Below are positions 1 to 9,368 of a stretch of DNA of 64,000 bases, one piece after another (position 1 is the first letter of the stretch; each line of letters starts with the position of its first letter). The position numbers were made by a program, and so were the translations under genes. The stretch is from positions 802-64,801 of the forward strand of contig CAILVY010000207.1 of NCBI GenBank assembly GCA_903837785.1, read 5' to 3'. The notes under the pieces were generated by a model. The model was not told the origin of the DNA. It made no database searches and saw nothing but the letters and a program-made list of their open reading frames with translations. Source of the DNA: Candidatus Hydrogenedentota bacterium (GTDB lineage: Bacteria; Hydrogenedentota; Hydrogenedentia; Hydrogenedentales; CAILVY01).

Positions 1-39
1 CCGGACAGGGGTATCCCGCGGGTCATTTGGGGGAGAAAA

Positions 40-67
40 GCCGAAAAACCCCCGTAAAATGGGGGTA
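40..67 (-). terminator. Rho-independent terminator immediately downstream of tRNA-Leu (minus-strand reading: ACCCCC-ATTTTAC-GGGGGT hairpin followed by a T-run)
   Basis: Plus-strand run aaaaa at 44-48 followed by the inverted repeat ccccc..ggggg at 49-65, lying just 3' of the tRNA on the minus strand. Confidence 0.5.
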
Positions 68-73
68 AAGAAC

Positions 74-162
74 TGGTGCCGGAGAAGGGACTTGAACCCC
101 CACGCCCTTGCGAGCACATGGACCTGAACCATGCGTGTCTGCCAATTTCACCACTCCGGCAC
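74..162 (-). tRNA. tRNA-Leu (anticodon CAG), type II tRNA with long variable arm, CCA encoded
   Basis: The reverse complement reads GTGCCGGAGTGGTGAAATTGGCAGACACGCATGGTTCAGGTCCATGTG...GGGGGTTCAAGTCCCTTCTCCGGCACCA. This has a 7-bp acceptor stem, a D-loop with GG, an anticodon loop TTCAGGT (anticodon CAG), a long variable arm and a T-arm GGTTCAAGTCC. Confidence 0.85.
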
Positions 163-315
163 GCGGCTAAAGCGAGAGGGATTCTACCTTACGGATGCGG
201 TACGAGTCAACCTCTCGTCAGGATCGCCGTCACCGGACCGACACGGGCACTTCGTGAGGCGCTTTTCTCCCCGAGACACCGTTTTGGACTATACTGCCGG
301 GATGGAGGGTGAAAC

Positions 316-2361
316 ATGCTGAACAGGAACTGGACTCGTACTGGTGGTGCGGGAATGCTGCTCGTGGGCGGCCTCTTGAGTTCTCTTGCCGCGCTGGCCG
401 CGGAACCGGCGGATTGGGATGTGCTCCCGGATGCCATTGAAGGCGTGGCGGCGGGTGACATGATGCGCCATTACCTGCTGCAGCAGGTGAACGCCACCTG
501 GCAGCGCTGGCAGGAAGACTATGAGAAGGTCAAAACGCCGGAAGCGCTGGCCGAGCGCGAACGCATCCTTCGAGAGAAGTTCGTTGCGGCACTGGGAGGA
601 TTCCCCGAACGCACGCCCTTGAACCCGCAGGTGACGGGCGTGTTGAAGCGTGAGGGCTACCGCGTCGAGAAGATCCTGTTCGAGAGCCAGCCGAAGTTCT
701 ATGTGAGCGCCGCGCTCTTCCTTCCGGAATCGGACCGTTTCAAGCCGCCCTATCCCGGCGTGCTCGTGCCGTGCGGACACGCGGAGAAAGCCAAGGCACA
801 CGACGAGTATCAGTCCGTGGGCGCGTTGCTCGCGCTGAACGGCATGGCGGCCCTGGTTTTCGATCCCATCGATCAGGGCGAGCGGATGCAGCTCGTGGAT
901 GCCGGGGGCAAGTACACGATCCACGGCACGAAAGGCCACACGATGGCGGGGATTGGCTGCATGCTGACGGGACGAAACACGGCCCGGATCGAAGTGTGGG
1001 ACGGCATGCGCGCGCTCGATTATCTTACGTCGCGGCCGGAAGTGGACCCGGAGCGCATCGGCTGCACGGGCAACAGCGGCGGCGGCACGCAGACTTCCTA
1101 CTTGATGTCGCTGGATGATCGGATCAAAGCGGCGGCGGTCAGCTGCTACATCCACCGCGAGAGCCGCGAACTCGAACTGTGTTCGGGCGATGCGGAGCAG
1201 AACATCTACGGACAGCTCGCGTTCGGGATGGAGCACGGCGACTATCTGATGATGCGCGCCCCGATGCCCATCCTGCTCTGCGCGGCCACGGAGGACTTCT
1301 TCGACATCAAGGCCACGTGGGAGACGTTCCGCTATGCCAAGCGCATGTTCACCCGCCTGGGCGTTCCGGAGCGCATCGACATTCTCGAAAACGACGAACG
1401 CCACAACTACAACCGGACGCAGCGCGAAGGAGTGGCGCGATGGATGGCCCGCTGGCTCTGCGGACGCTGCGAGGAGATTGTTGAGCCGGAATTGAAGCTG
1501 TTCACGCCCGAGGAACTGTGGGCGTCGCCCAAGGGCCAGGTCCTGCTGATGGACGGCGCGCGCAACGTCTACGATCTCAATGCGGACTGTGAACAGCAAC
1601 TGGCCGAGGGACGCAAGGCCCTCTGGGCTTCGGAGAAACCCGCCGCGCTGCTGGAGCGGGTGCGCGCCGTCGCGGGCATCCGAAAACTTGCCGAGCTTCC
1701 CCGCTTCGACGTGCCGCCGCCGGCCGAAGTGCGCCTGAATGGATTCCGCGCCGAGAAGATTGTGCTGTCGCCCGAGGCGGGCCTCTGGCTGCCCGGCCTG
1801 TTGGCGCATCCGGAATCAGCCAAGGCAAACGAAGTGGCCCTGCTCGTGAACGGCACTGGCAAGGATCCTGCCCGGATCGAGGCCCTGCTGAAAGAAGGCG
1901 TGACCGTGTTCGCGGTGGACCTGCGCGGCATGGGCGAAACACGGCAAATCAAGCAAAAGGCCATGGGCGAAGACATCGCCCTGGATTGGGAAGACCTCGC
2001 GGCGGCCTATGCGCTGGGCCGGTCCTACGTGGGGATGCGCGCGGAAGACGTGCTCGTGTGCGCGCGCTACGCCGCGGAACGCCTGTCCGCCAGGCAAGTG
2101 CGCCTCATCGCCGTGGGCCAGGCGGGTGTTCCCGCGCTCCACGCCGCCGCGCTCGAACCCGAACTCTTCTCCTCGATCCAGATCGAAAAGACGCTCGTCT
2201 CGTGGTCGAATGTCGTCCGGATGCGCCCCACATACGCCCAGCTCGCGAATGCGGTGCAGGGCGCGCTCGAAGTCTACGATCTGCCGGATCTGGCCGCGAC
2301 GCTGGGAAGCAAGCTGCGTATTGAGGCGCCGGTGGATGCCATGGAGAAACCCGTCCAGTGA
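316..2361 (+). CDS. Secreted alpha/beta-hydrolase fold esterase (acetyl-xylan-esterase / dienelactone-hydrolase-like)
   Basis: The 681-aa ORF has an N-terminal signal-like hydrophobic segment and a GGAGGG RBS upstream. It carries the nucleophile elbow GNSGG and a CGHAEKAKAHDEY motif typical of AXE1/S9-like esterases. Confidence 0.65.
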   Translation: MLNRNWTRTGGAGMLLVGGLLSSLAALAAEPADWDVLPDAIEGVAAGDMMRHYLLQQVNATWQRWQEDYEKVKTPEALAERERILREKFVAALGGFPERTPLNPQVTGVLKREGYRVEKILFESQPKFYVSAALFLPESDRFKPPYPGVLVPCGHAEKAKAHDEYQSVGALLALNGMAALVFDPIDQGERMQLVDAGGKYTIHGTKGHTMAGIGCMLTGRNTARIEVWDGMRALDYLTSRPEVDPERIGCTGNSGGGTQTSYLMSLDDRIKAAAVSCYIHRESRELELCSGDAEQNIYGQLAFGMEHGDYLMMRAPMPILLCAATEDFFDIKATWETFRYAKRMFTRLGVPERIDILENDERHNYNRTQREGVARWMARWLCGRCEEIVEPELKLFTPEELWASPKGQVLLMDGARNVYDLNADCEQQLAEGRKALWASEKPAALLERVRAVAGIRKLAELPRFDVPPPAEVRLNGFRAEKIVLSPEAGLWLPGLLAHPESAKANEVALLVNGTGKDPARIEALLKEGVTVFAVDLRGMGETRQIKQKAMGEDIALDWEDLAAAYALGRSYVGMRAEDVLVCARYAAERLSARQVRLIAVGQAGVPALHAAALEPELFSSIQIEKTLVSWSNVVRMRPTYAQLANAVQGALEVYDLPDLAATLGSKLRIEAPVDAMEKPVQ

Positions 2362-2362
2362 G

Positions 2363-3418
2363 GTGCTGGCGTTGACTTGGGAAGAAGCCTTAGAACGGTC
2401 GAAAGCCCGCGTGGGGCAATTGACCGAGATCTGCCGGCGGCGGGGCCGCGTGCTCGTGCTGATGCAGGACAACCCGGATCCCGACGCCCTGGCGAGTGCC
2501 ATGGCCCTGCGCGAACTCATCCTGCGGCGCTGCGGCAAGCGTGCGACGATCGGCTACGGGGGAATCTGCGGCCGCGCGGAGAATCAGGCCATGATGGAGG
2601 TGCTGCATATCCGCGCACGGCACATGACACCCGCGCAGGTCCGCCAGTTCCGGATCGTCTGCCTCGTGGACACCCAGCCCCGGACCGGCAACAACATTCT
2701 CACGCGGGAGCCGAACATCGTCATCGATCATCACCTGCTGCCGAAGCGCAACGCGTGGTCGGCGGAATTTGCCGATGTGCGCCCGGACTACGGCGCCACC
2801 TCAACCATCCTCTACGAATACCTCACCAGCGCGGGCATCCGGCTTTCGCGCGACCTTGCCACGGCCCTTTTCTACGGCATTCAATCGGACACGCAGGACC
2901 TCGGCCGGGAAGCCGGCCCGCTCAGCCTCCGCGCCTATCAGGAGCTGTTTCTGCGCGCGGACAAGAAGAAGCTGGCCCGCATCCGGCGCGCCCCCGTGCC
3001 CGCCTCGTACTTCAAGATGCTCGCGGACAGCCTCTCGGAATGCGTTGTGGCCGGGAAAACCGTCATCAGCCAGATTCCCGATTGCGAGAACCCCGACATG
3101 GTCGCCGAGGTGGCCGATCTCCTCCTGCGGCTGAAAGGGGCGCACACTACGGTGTGTTACGGCGTGTGCGGCGACAAGATCCACGTCTCGGCCCGGGCGG
3201 TGGATGCCCGGGACAACATGGCGCGGCGCATGAAGCAGGCGGTGCGCCACCTGGGCACCGGCGGCGGCCATCGCACGATGGCGGGCGGGCAAGTCCCCGC
3301 CGAGAACGAGCCGGAGAGACGCCTCGCCCAGGTGCGCGAACGCATCCTGCGCGCCTTTGCCGGGAAACACGAAGCGCGCCCGCTCGTTCCTGCTCCGGAC
3401 GCGGAGCGGATCGCGTAG
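2363..3418 (+). CDS. DHH-family phosphoesterase (NrnA-like oligoribonuclease / pAp phosphatase)
   Basis: The motifs DHH (IVIDHH), a DHHA1-like C-terminus (GGGH) and the Asp-rich N-terminal motif (DPDALAS) are present. The GTG start at 2363 abuts the stop of the upstream esterase. The longer ORF 2009..3418 is judged an N-terminal over-extension. Confidence 0.7.
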   Translation: MLALTWEEALERSKARVGQLTEICRRRGRVLVLMQDNPDPDALASAMALRELILRRCGKRATIGYGGICGRAENQAMMEVLHIRARHMTPAQVRQFRIVCLVDTQPRTGNNILTREPNIVIDHHLLPKRNAWSAEFADVRPDYGATSTILYEYLTSAGIRLSRDLATALFYGIQSDTQDLGREAGPLSLRAYQELFLRADKKKLARIRRAPVPASYFKMLADSLSECVVAGKTVISQIPDCENPDMVAEVADLLLRLKGAHTTVCYGVCGDKIHVSARAVDARDNMARRMKQAVRHLGTGGGHRTMAGGQVPAENEPERRLAQVRERILRAFAGKHEARPLVPAPDAERIA

Positions 3419-3419
3419 C

Positions 3420-4418
3420 CTAGTAGCTGTGCTTGTCCAGGCGCACCTTGCCGCGGAAAAGCCAGTAGACCCACGCGGTGTAGAGCAGCACGAGCGGGAA
3501 ACCCACGCACACGATGCCGAACATGATCCCCAGGGTCTTCTGACTGTTCGCGCCGTTGTAGATCGTGACGTTGTGCTGCGCGCCCAGGCTCGATATCAAG
3601 AGATTGGGGAACATCGAGGCTGCGAAGTTGACCACAAGCAGCAGGACATTCACGCCGCTGGCCACGAAGGCCCAGTGCGGTCGGCCGGTCTTGCTCAGCG
3701 GACGAATGGCGGCAATTGCGCAGATGTTCAGCGGCAGAACCAGCCAGGAACCCCACGAAACGCGCGCGTGCGGGACCGTGATGATCGCCTGCACGGTCAC
3801 GAGGATGAAAAGGATCACAAAGGCCCGGTGCGTAAGGGTGATCCAGCGTTCCGCCTGGATTTCGAGCTCGCCCGAGGCTTTGATCCGGAGGAAGAGCGCG
3901 CCGTGCAGGGCGAACAAGGCCACCGTCATCAGACCGACCAGCACGCTGAACGGATTGAGAAGGCTGAAGAAGGATCCCTTGTAGACGAGGTCCTCGATGG
4001 GCAGGCCGACCAGGACGTTGCCCACGGCCACGCCAAAAAGCAGCGCCGCCAGAAAGCTCGAAAGCGAGAAAACAAAGTCCCAGGTGGCGCGCCAGGCCGG
4101 CGATTCGACCTTGCTTCGGAACTCCAGGGAAGCGGCACGGAAGATCAACGTGCACAGCACGAGCATCAGCGCCGTGTAGAAAGCCGAGAACACCGTGGCA
4201 TACGCGATGCGGAACGCCGCAAAGAGCGCCCCGCCGAAGGTCAGGAGCCAGACTTCGTTTCCGTCCCACACGGGCCCGATCGCGTTCATGATCACGCGGC
4301 GGTGCTCCTCCTTGCGCGAGAAGAGATGCAGAATCCCCACGCCGAGGTCGAATCCATCGAGGATGGCGTAACCGGCCAGCAGCACGGTCAGCAGCACAAA
4401 CCAGATTTCGTTGAGCAT
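3420..4418 (-). CDS. cydB: Cytochrome bd ubiquinol oxidase subunit II
   Basis: The 332-aa polytopic membrane protein has the N-terminus MLNEIWFVLLTVLLAGYAILDGFDLGVGIL characteristic of CydB. It lies 1 nt downstream of the cydA stop. Confidence 0.9.
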   Translation of the reverse strand: MLNEIWFVLLTVLLAGYAILDGFDLGVGILHLFSRKEEHRRVIMNAIGPVWDGNEVWLLTFGGALFAAFRIAYATVFSAFYTALMLVLCTLIFRAASLEFRSKVESPAWRATWDFVFSLSSFLAALLFGVAVGNVLVGLPIEDLVYKGSFFSLLNPFSVLVGLMTVALFALHGALFLRIKASGELEIQAERWITLTHRAFVILFILVTVQAIITVPHARVSWGSWLVLPLNICAIAAIRPLSKTGRPHWAFVASGVNVLLLVVNFAASMFPNLLISSLGAQHNVTIYNGANSQKTLGIMFGIVCVGFPLVLLYTAWVYWLFRGKVRLDKHSY

Positions 4419-4419
4419 G

Positions 4420-5775
4420 TTACTTCACCTCCCCCGCGTCGTGGCCGACCGCCTCCGGTCCCGCCTTGATCTTCCGAATGATAATGAACATGTAGAGGGC
4501 GAACAAGATCGAATAGATGGAGATGAACATCAGCGTCGAACCCAGGATCTGACCGGCCGACACGCTCTCCGAGAGCGCGTCCTTCGTGCGCAGGAAGCCC
4601 TGCACGATCCAGGGCTGCCGTCCCACCTCCGCCGAGATCCACCCCACTTCGTTCGTAATGAACGGAAGCGGCAGCGCGAGAATCAGCAGGCTGAGCAGCC
4701 AGCGCTGCTCGAAGAGCCGGCCGCGGAGCCACATGATCAGGGCGAGGAACAAGAGGCCCCCCATGAGCGTCCCCAGGCCAATCATGGCGTGGAACGAGAA
4801 GAACGAGATGAGAATCGGCGGCCAGTCCTCTTTCGGAAACTGATCCAGCGCCGCCACGGGCTGGGTGAAACTGTTGTAGGCCAGCATGCTCAGGCCGCCC
4901 GGAATCGCCAGGCCGAAACGCACCCGCTGCTCCGCCACGTCGGGATAGCCGATGAGGTACAGCGGCGCGCCGCCTTCGACGGTTTTGAAATGCCCTTCGA
5001 ACGCGGCCAGCTTCGCCGGCTGGTGCTTGGCCACGAGCTGGCCCTGATGATGGCCCGCGCCCGCGGTCAGCACGGTGGCAATCAGCCCCATCGTGATGCC
5101 AATCTTCAGGTTGTGCTTCGCAAGTTCCTGGTTGCGCTTCTTGAGCAGGTACCAGGCAGATACCGCGATCACAACGAAACAGGCCGTCGTCAGTGCCGAG
5201 CCAATCACGTGCGCCTCGCGGGAGAGGCTCGAGGGATTGAAGAACATCTCCCAGAAACTCGTGATCTCCGCGTGCAGGTTCTTACCCTCGCCCACAATCT
5301 TATACCCCGCGGGCGTCTGCTGCCACGAATTCGCCACGATGATCCACAGCGAGGACAGCGTCGCGCCCACCGCAACCATGATCGTTGCGAAGAAATGCAG
5401 CCCCTTCGACACGCGGTCCCAACCGAAGATCACCACGCCCAGGAACGTGGACTCGATAAAGAAGGACAGCAGCGCCTCCGCCGCCAGCGGCGCCCCGAAC
5501 ACGTCCCCCACAAAGCGCGAGTAGGCCGCCCAGTTCGTCCCGAACTCGAACTCCATCACAATCCCCGTCGTGACCCCCATCGCGAAGGTCGCGGCGAAGA
5601 TCTTCGTCCAGAACCGCGCCATGCGATCATAGACCGCATCGCCCGTCCGGACCCACTGCGCCTCCATCACCACCATGAGCCACGCCAGCCCGATCGTGAA
5701 GGGGGGGTAGAGATAGTGGAAGGAAGCCGTCAAGGCAAACTGAATTCTTGCCAGCAGTTCCGCATCAAGGTGCAT
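4420..5775 (-). CDS. cydA: Cytochrome bd ubiquinol oxidase subunit I
   Basis: The 451-aa protein carries CydA hallmark segments (FHYLYPPFTIGLA, a Q-loop region and a GWxxAExGRQPW-like C-terminal motif). Confidence 0.9.
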   Translation of the reverse strand: MHLDAELLARIQFALTASFHYLYPPFTIGLAWLMVVMEAQWVRTGDAVYDRMARFWTKIFAATFAMGVTTGIVMEFEFGTNWAAYSRFVGDVFGAPLAAEALLSFFIESTFLGVVIFGWDRVSKGLHFFATIMVAVGATLSSLWIIVANSWQQTPAGYKIVGEGKNLHAEITSFWEMFFNPSSLSREAHVIGSALTTACFVVIAVSAWYLLKKRNQELAKHNLKIGITMGLIATVLTAGAGHHQGQLVAKHQPAKLAAFEGHFKTVEGGAPLYLIGYPDVAEQRVRFGLAIPGGLSMLAYNSFTQPVAALDQFPKEDWPPILISFFSFHAMIGLGTLMGGLLFLALIMWLRGRLFEQRWLLSLLILALPLPFITNEVGWISAEVGRQPWIVQGFLRTKDALSESVSAGQILGSTLMFISIYSILFALYMFIIIRKIKAGPEAVGHDAGEVK

Positions 5776-5804
5776 GCCTCATGTCCTTTCAGGTCATTTT
5801 CGCG

Positions 5805-5819
5805 AAATAGTAACTATTT
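5805..5819. promoter_or_regulatory. Perfect 15-bp palindrome AAATAGTAACTATTT about 30 bp upstream of the cydA start; candidate operator (Rex/FNR-CRP-class dimer site) for cydAB
   Basis: The inverted repeat AAATAGT-A-ACTATTT is read directly. It sits in the 72-bp rhaM-cydA intergenic region. Confidence 0.3.
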
Positions 5820-5847
5820 GCAATACGGCGTGTCAACTAGCGCCCCC

Positions 5848-6171
5848 TCAGTCCGTGTGGAAGACTTCCTCCATCCCCGCCCACCACTCGCCCTCGGCCC
5901 GGGTCGCCAACGGTTCCTGGCACGGCTTGCAGACCGCCCACCACCGCTGCGTCTCCGGGTCGGCCGCCATCTTCGCCATGTCCCCGTCGAAATCCTGTCC
6001 GTGGTATTCGAAGTAGCTGAAGAGCATGCCATCCTTGAAATAGATCGAGTAGTTTCGGATATTGCATTCGCGTATCTTTTCGAGGACGCCCGGCCAGACG
6101 GCGGCATGAAGCTGCTTGTACTCCTCGAGTTTCTCCGGCTTGACGCCGATCAGCATCCCGTAGCGCTGCAT
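5848..6171 (-). CDS. rhaM: L-rhamnose mutarotase
   Basis: This ~107-aa protein (MQRYGMLIGVKPEKLEEYKQLHAAVWPGVLEKIRECNIRNYSIYF...QRWW) matches the RhaM/YiiL family in length and motifs. The start was chosen at the internal ATG (6171) of the 118-aa ORF. Confidence 0.8.
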   Translation of the reverse strand: MQRYGMLIGVKPEKLEEYKQLHAAVWPGVLEKIRECNIRNYSIYFKDGMLFSYFEYHGQDFDGDMAKMAADPETQRWWAVCKPCQEPLATRAEGEWWAGMEEVFHTD

Positions 6172-6356
6172 GGTTCTCCTTCCTCGGGACATAACGCCCG
6201 GCACAGGGTTTCTCCCCGTATTGTCGCTTTACGCGCCGGTGTGTTCAAGATCCGCCTGAGCGGACGACAACATCACACCGAAGCCGAGAAATTCCACAGC
6301 GCCCGGTGTTCCGCCTTCTCCGGCTCAGGTGTTTCGGCCATCGCCGTTTTCCCTCC

Positions 6357-9155
6357 TCACGTGAAGGCGATGCCCACGGTGAGAATCTTCTTCGGCGCGG
6401 CGGTCACGGCGACGCCATTGCCGGTGATGGGCAAGGGGGATTCCGGAAGCTCTTCCAGCGTGAGCAGATTCGCGCGCTCGGGCGGCGTGGCGAAGTGGAG
6501 GGTGCCGCTGATCGTCTCCGCGGTCGGATTGAAGAGGCGGATGACGATGCCCGTGTCCTTTTCGGCGCGCTTGATCGCCGTCACGATGAGGTTGTTGGGG
6601 CTGACGTTCAGGAAGCTGTGACGCTTGGGGAGCTTGCCCGCGTGCGGGCCGGTCTGGGCGGGATCGAGCGGGACAGAGAGCCCCTCGGCCTGGGCGAAGA
6701 CTTCGGCTTCGGCATAATCGCCGCGATGGGGGTACAACAGGAACGAGAAGGCGTGATCGCCGGGGCACTGCGTGAGGTTCATTTCGGGACGGCATTCCCA
6801 CCGCCAGCTTACGGTGGTGAGATTGAGTTCGTAGGCGCGCATGAGCGTGACGGCGATGGCGCGGTCCGCGTCCTGCGTCACTTCGTATTCACGTAGGCCG
6901 TCGTTGATGACGGCGAGCCCCGCGCCGCCGCCGCTCACGTCGACGAAGCGCTGCATGGGGAACGTGGCCCCTTGGGCGCCATGCCACGGGCTGCCGGGCG
7001 CGAACTCGGTCTCGCGTTCGACGCAGTCAAAGGCGCTCTCGGCATGGCAGAGGTTCCCGGGGCGCCGCGTGGGAAAGACTGCGCGGAGGCGGTGGTCGAG
7101 GGCCGTGTTGTTGAACTGGACGGCGACACGAACGCTCTTCTCGCCGCGGCAGAGGCTGACGCGCGAAACAACGATCAGTTCGCGGGTGTCTTCCGAACGT
7201 TTGGCGGCATTGCCGACGCCGTCAAGCCGCTGCCAGGGGTCGCCGCCGTTCTCTTCGAGGCGGGCGGGGATCGTCATGCGGCATTCGATGCGGTACCGCG
7301 CAAGAAGCGGCCCGTCCTCCTCGAGGGCAATGGACACGGGGAAGCCGCGGCTGTCGATGGCTTGATCGAAGGCCGGGTTATGATGCATCCAGGCGTGGCC
7401 GGCTTCGCCGTTGTCAAGGAAGTGAAGGAGGTCGGGGTATGTGACGCCGCTGTCCTTGTGCGTGACGCAGAGCGTGCCGTCGCGCTGAATCGCGATTCTG
7501 AGGAACTCATTCTCCATCGTGTTCGCCGCCGTGACGAGGCTGCCGCGGTCGAACATCTTGCTGCGATCGAGCTTGAACGTGGCATAGCCGAGTCCGGGCA
7601 AGTCTTTCGCCTCGAAATGGATGTGGAAGCGCTGGGCCTTCATCATTGAGGCGGCGTCGCCGAGGTGTTTTTGGACCGCCCAGAAGGGTTTTCGATCCGC
7701 GCCCTGCACAGTGACCCTTTCGCCACTGCTTGCATCCAGCAGTGCGAACTCACCTTTCGGACCGGCGTACGGAACGTCGATGGCGGCGGAAACTACTTCC
7801 GAGCGCGGATACGGCGAAGCATTGAAGACTGTAATGAGGATGTCGTCCGGGGCGCAGTCGCGGTTGTCGATGCGGAGCTGGATCTCGCCGAGCGAGCGCT
7901 TGAGGAGGCCGTTGCCGATGTTCACGGCCTGGCGCAGGCGATCCATCATGTCGCGCTCGATGTCGTCCACGCCGCTGCCGGAGATGCTGTCGTGGGCGTG
8001 GCATTTGAGGAGCGTCTTCCAGGCGAGATCGAGAAGCGTGGCCGGGTACTCGGCACCGAGCAGGGCCGCGACCACGGCGAAGGGTTCGGCGCGGCGCTGG
8101 AGCAGGAACTCGGCCTTGTTGTTGAGCTGCTTCATGCGCGTCCGGCTCGAAAGGACGTCGCTGTAGAGATGCAGCGTGATCGGCATGGGCTTGGGCGTGC
8201 GCCGTTCGCCCTTGAGCACTGTGAGCGCGTTCCAGTCGAGTTCTGCTTTGATGGCCTCGAGCATCTCGGGGTAGCTGGCGTGCCTGATCTCGTCGTTGGG
8301 CAGGGCCTTTCGCGCTTCGGCAATCATTTCGAGCTCGGCGCGGTCGGGGATGCTGCTGTCGTGCCCCATCATGAACGCGAGGTGCCGCGTGTTCGACACA
8401 TTGATTTCGCTTTGCCTCAGCTTCTTCACTTGTTCCACGAGCTTCTCGCGGTCGAAGCCGTATTTCGGGTCGAGGATCCGGTGATGATCCATCTCGAATT
8501 CCGGACCGCACGGATGGAACTGCGTGCCGGTTTCGCTCCAGCCGTATTCCCGGTCGAAGACGCCCTTGCCGAAGCGGACGGGGCGGTAGACCCCGTGATA
8601 GAAGTTGTAGCGGGCGCCGCTGCTCATCTGGCTGCCGAGGATGCGCGTGCCGTCCGCGCCCTCGAAGATCCATTCGTTCTTCACTTCGTCGTGGCTGACG
8701 CCGTGATAGAAGAGCATCGTGTCGATGCCGAAGCCCATGTAGATCTGCGGCATCTGCGAGTTCTGGCCGTAGGAAAAGGGCGTGTGCCCGACTTTCATCG
8801 CGCCGCCGAATTCGCCCGCGACGCGGTGGCCGTAGAGCAGGTTGCGCACGAGCGATTCGCCGTTGACCTCGAAGCCCTCCGGGCAGGTGTACCACGGGCC
8901 GATCAGGAGGCGGCCGCCGGACACATGTTTCACGACACGATCGCGGTTTTCGGGCCGGACCTCAAGGTAATCCTCGATGGGCACGGCCTGCGAGTCCATC
9001 ACGAACGCGCGATATTCCGGTTCCGTGTCCAGGATCTCGAGCAGCGTGTCGAGCAGTTCGACCAGGAGCATGCGCGTTTCCTGGAAATTGTAAAGCCACT
9101 CGCGGTCCCAGTGGGTGTTCGCGATGACGTGAATGACATAAGGCTTCTCGGACAT
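6357..9155 (-). CDS. Glycoside hydrolase family 38 alpha-mannosidase
   Basis: An N-terminal HWDREW motif with the GH38 catalytic core is followed by the central and C-terminal beta-sandwich domains (~930 aa). The start was taken at MSEKPYVIHV (9155) inside ORF 6357..9233. Confidence 0.85.
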   Translation of the reverse strand: MSEKPYVIHVIANTHWDREWLYNFQETRMLLVELLDTLLEILDTEPEYRAFVMDSQAVPIEDYLEVRPENRDRVVKHVSGGRLLIGPWYTCPEGFEVNGESLVRNLLYGHRVAGEFGGAMKVGHTPFSYGQNSQMPQIYMGFGIDTMLFYHGVSHDEVKNEWIFEGADGTRILGSQMSSGARYNFYHGVYRPVRFGKGVFDREYGWSETGTQFHPCGPEFEMDHHRILDPKYGFDREKLVEQVKKLRQSEINVSNTRHLAFMMGHDSSIPDRAELEMIAEARKALPNDEIRHASYPEMLEAIKAELDWNALTVLKGERRTPKPMPITLHLYSDVLSSRTRMKQLNNKAEFLLQRRAEPFAVVAALLGAEYPATLLDLAWKTLLKCHAHDSISGSGVDDIERDMMDRLRQAVNIGNGLLKRSLGEIQLRIDNRDCAPDDILITVFNASPYPRSEVVSAAIDVPYAGPKGEFALLDASSGERVTVQGADRKPFWAVQKHLGDAASMMKAQRFHIHFEAKDLPGLGYATFKLDRSKMFDRGSLVTAANTMENEFLRIAIQRDGTLCVTHKDSGVTYPDLLHFLDNGEAGHAWMHHNPAFDQAIDSRGFPVSIALEEDGPLLARYRIECRMTIPARLEENGGDPWQRLDGVGNAAKRSEDTRELIVVSRVSLCRGEKSVRVAVQFNNTALDHRLRAVFPTRRPGNLCHAESAFDCVERETEFAPGSPWHGAQGATFPMQRFVDVSGGGAGLAVINDGLREYEVTQDADRAIAVTLMRAYELNLTTVSWRWECRPEMNLTQCPGDHAFSFLLYPHRGDYAEAEVFAQAEGLSVPLDPAQTGPHAGKLPKRHSFLNVSPNNLIVTAIKRAEKDTGIVIRLFNPTAETISGTLHFATPPERANLLTLEELPESPLPITGNGVAVTAAPKKILTVGIAFT

Positions 9156-9368
9156 GGTGTGTTTCCCTTCCTGAATGCGTTGGCGCCTATTGTTTCCGCC
9201 GGCGCGGGGGATGTCAAACAAGCGTGAGTTCATCCCCGGCGAGGACGGGGAGACTTGGCATTCATGGGCGCTTTTCGCCGGAATAACGCCATGCTTCGGA
9301 ACGCGCGCGATATGAGGCGCTCGGTGAAACCGCCATCTTCCCGGAACTTATGCCGTTCAGGAGAGAAA

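Noticed and set aside
289-1809. 506-aa minus-strand ORF antisense to the esterase gene
   Set aside because: Fully embedded antisense in a gene with clear alpha/beta-hydrolase motifs. Arg/Ala/Gly-rich low-complexity translation typical of high-GC shadow ORFs.
2009-3418. 469-aa version of the DHH phosphoesterase ORF (and overlapping 2377..3423 frame)
   Set aside because: The first ~117 codons overlap the 3' end of the upstream esterase gene in another frame and are Arg/Pro/Ser-rich. The conserved DHH-family sequence begins near 2363-2372, and 2377..3423 is an out-of-frame shadow.
4411-6621. 736-aa plus-strand ORF across cydA/rhaM
   Set aside because: Antisense to two well-supported genes. His/Arg/Glu-rich low-complexity product.
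7665-9227. 520-aa plus-strand ORF and 7750..8895 minus ORF inside the GH38 gene
   Set aside because: Shadow ORFs of the GH38 coding region. No motifs, extreme Arg/Ala/Val/Gly composition.
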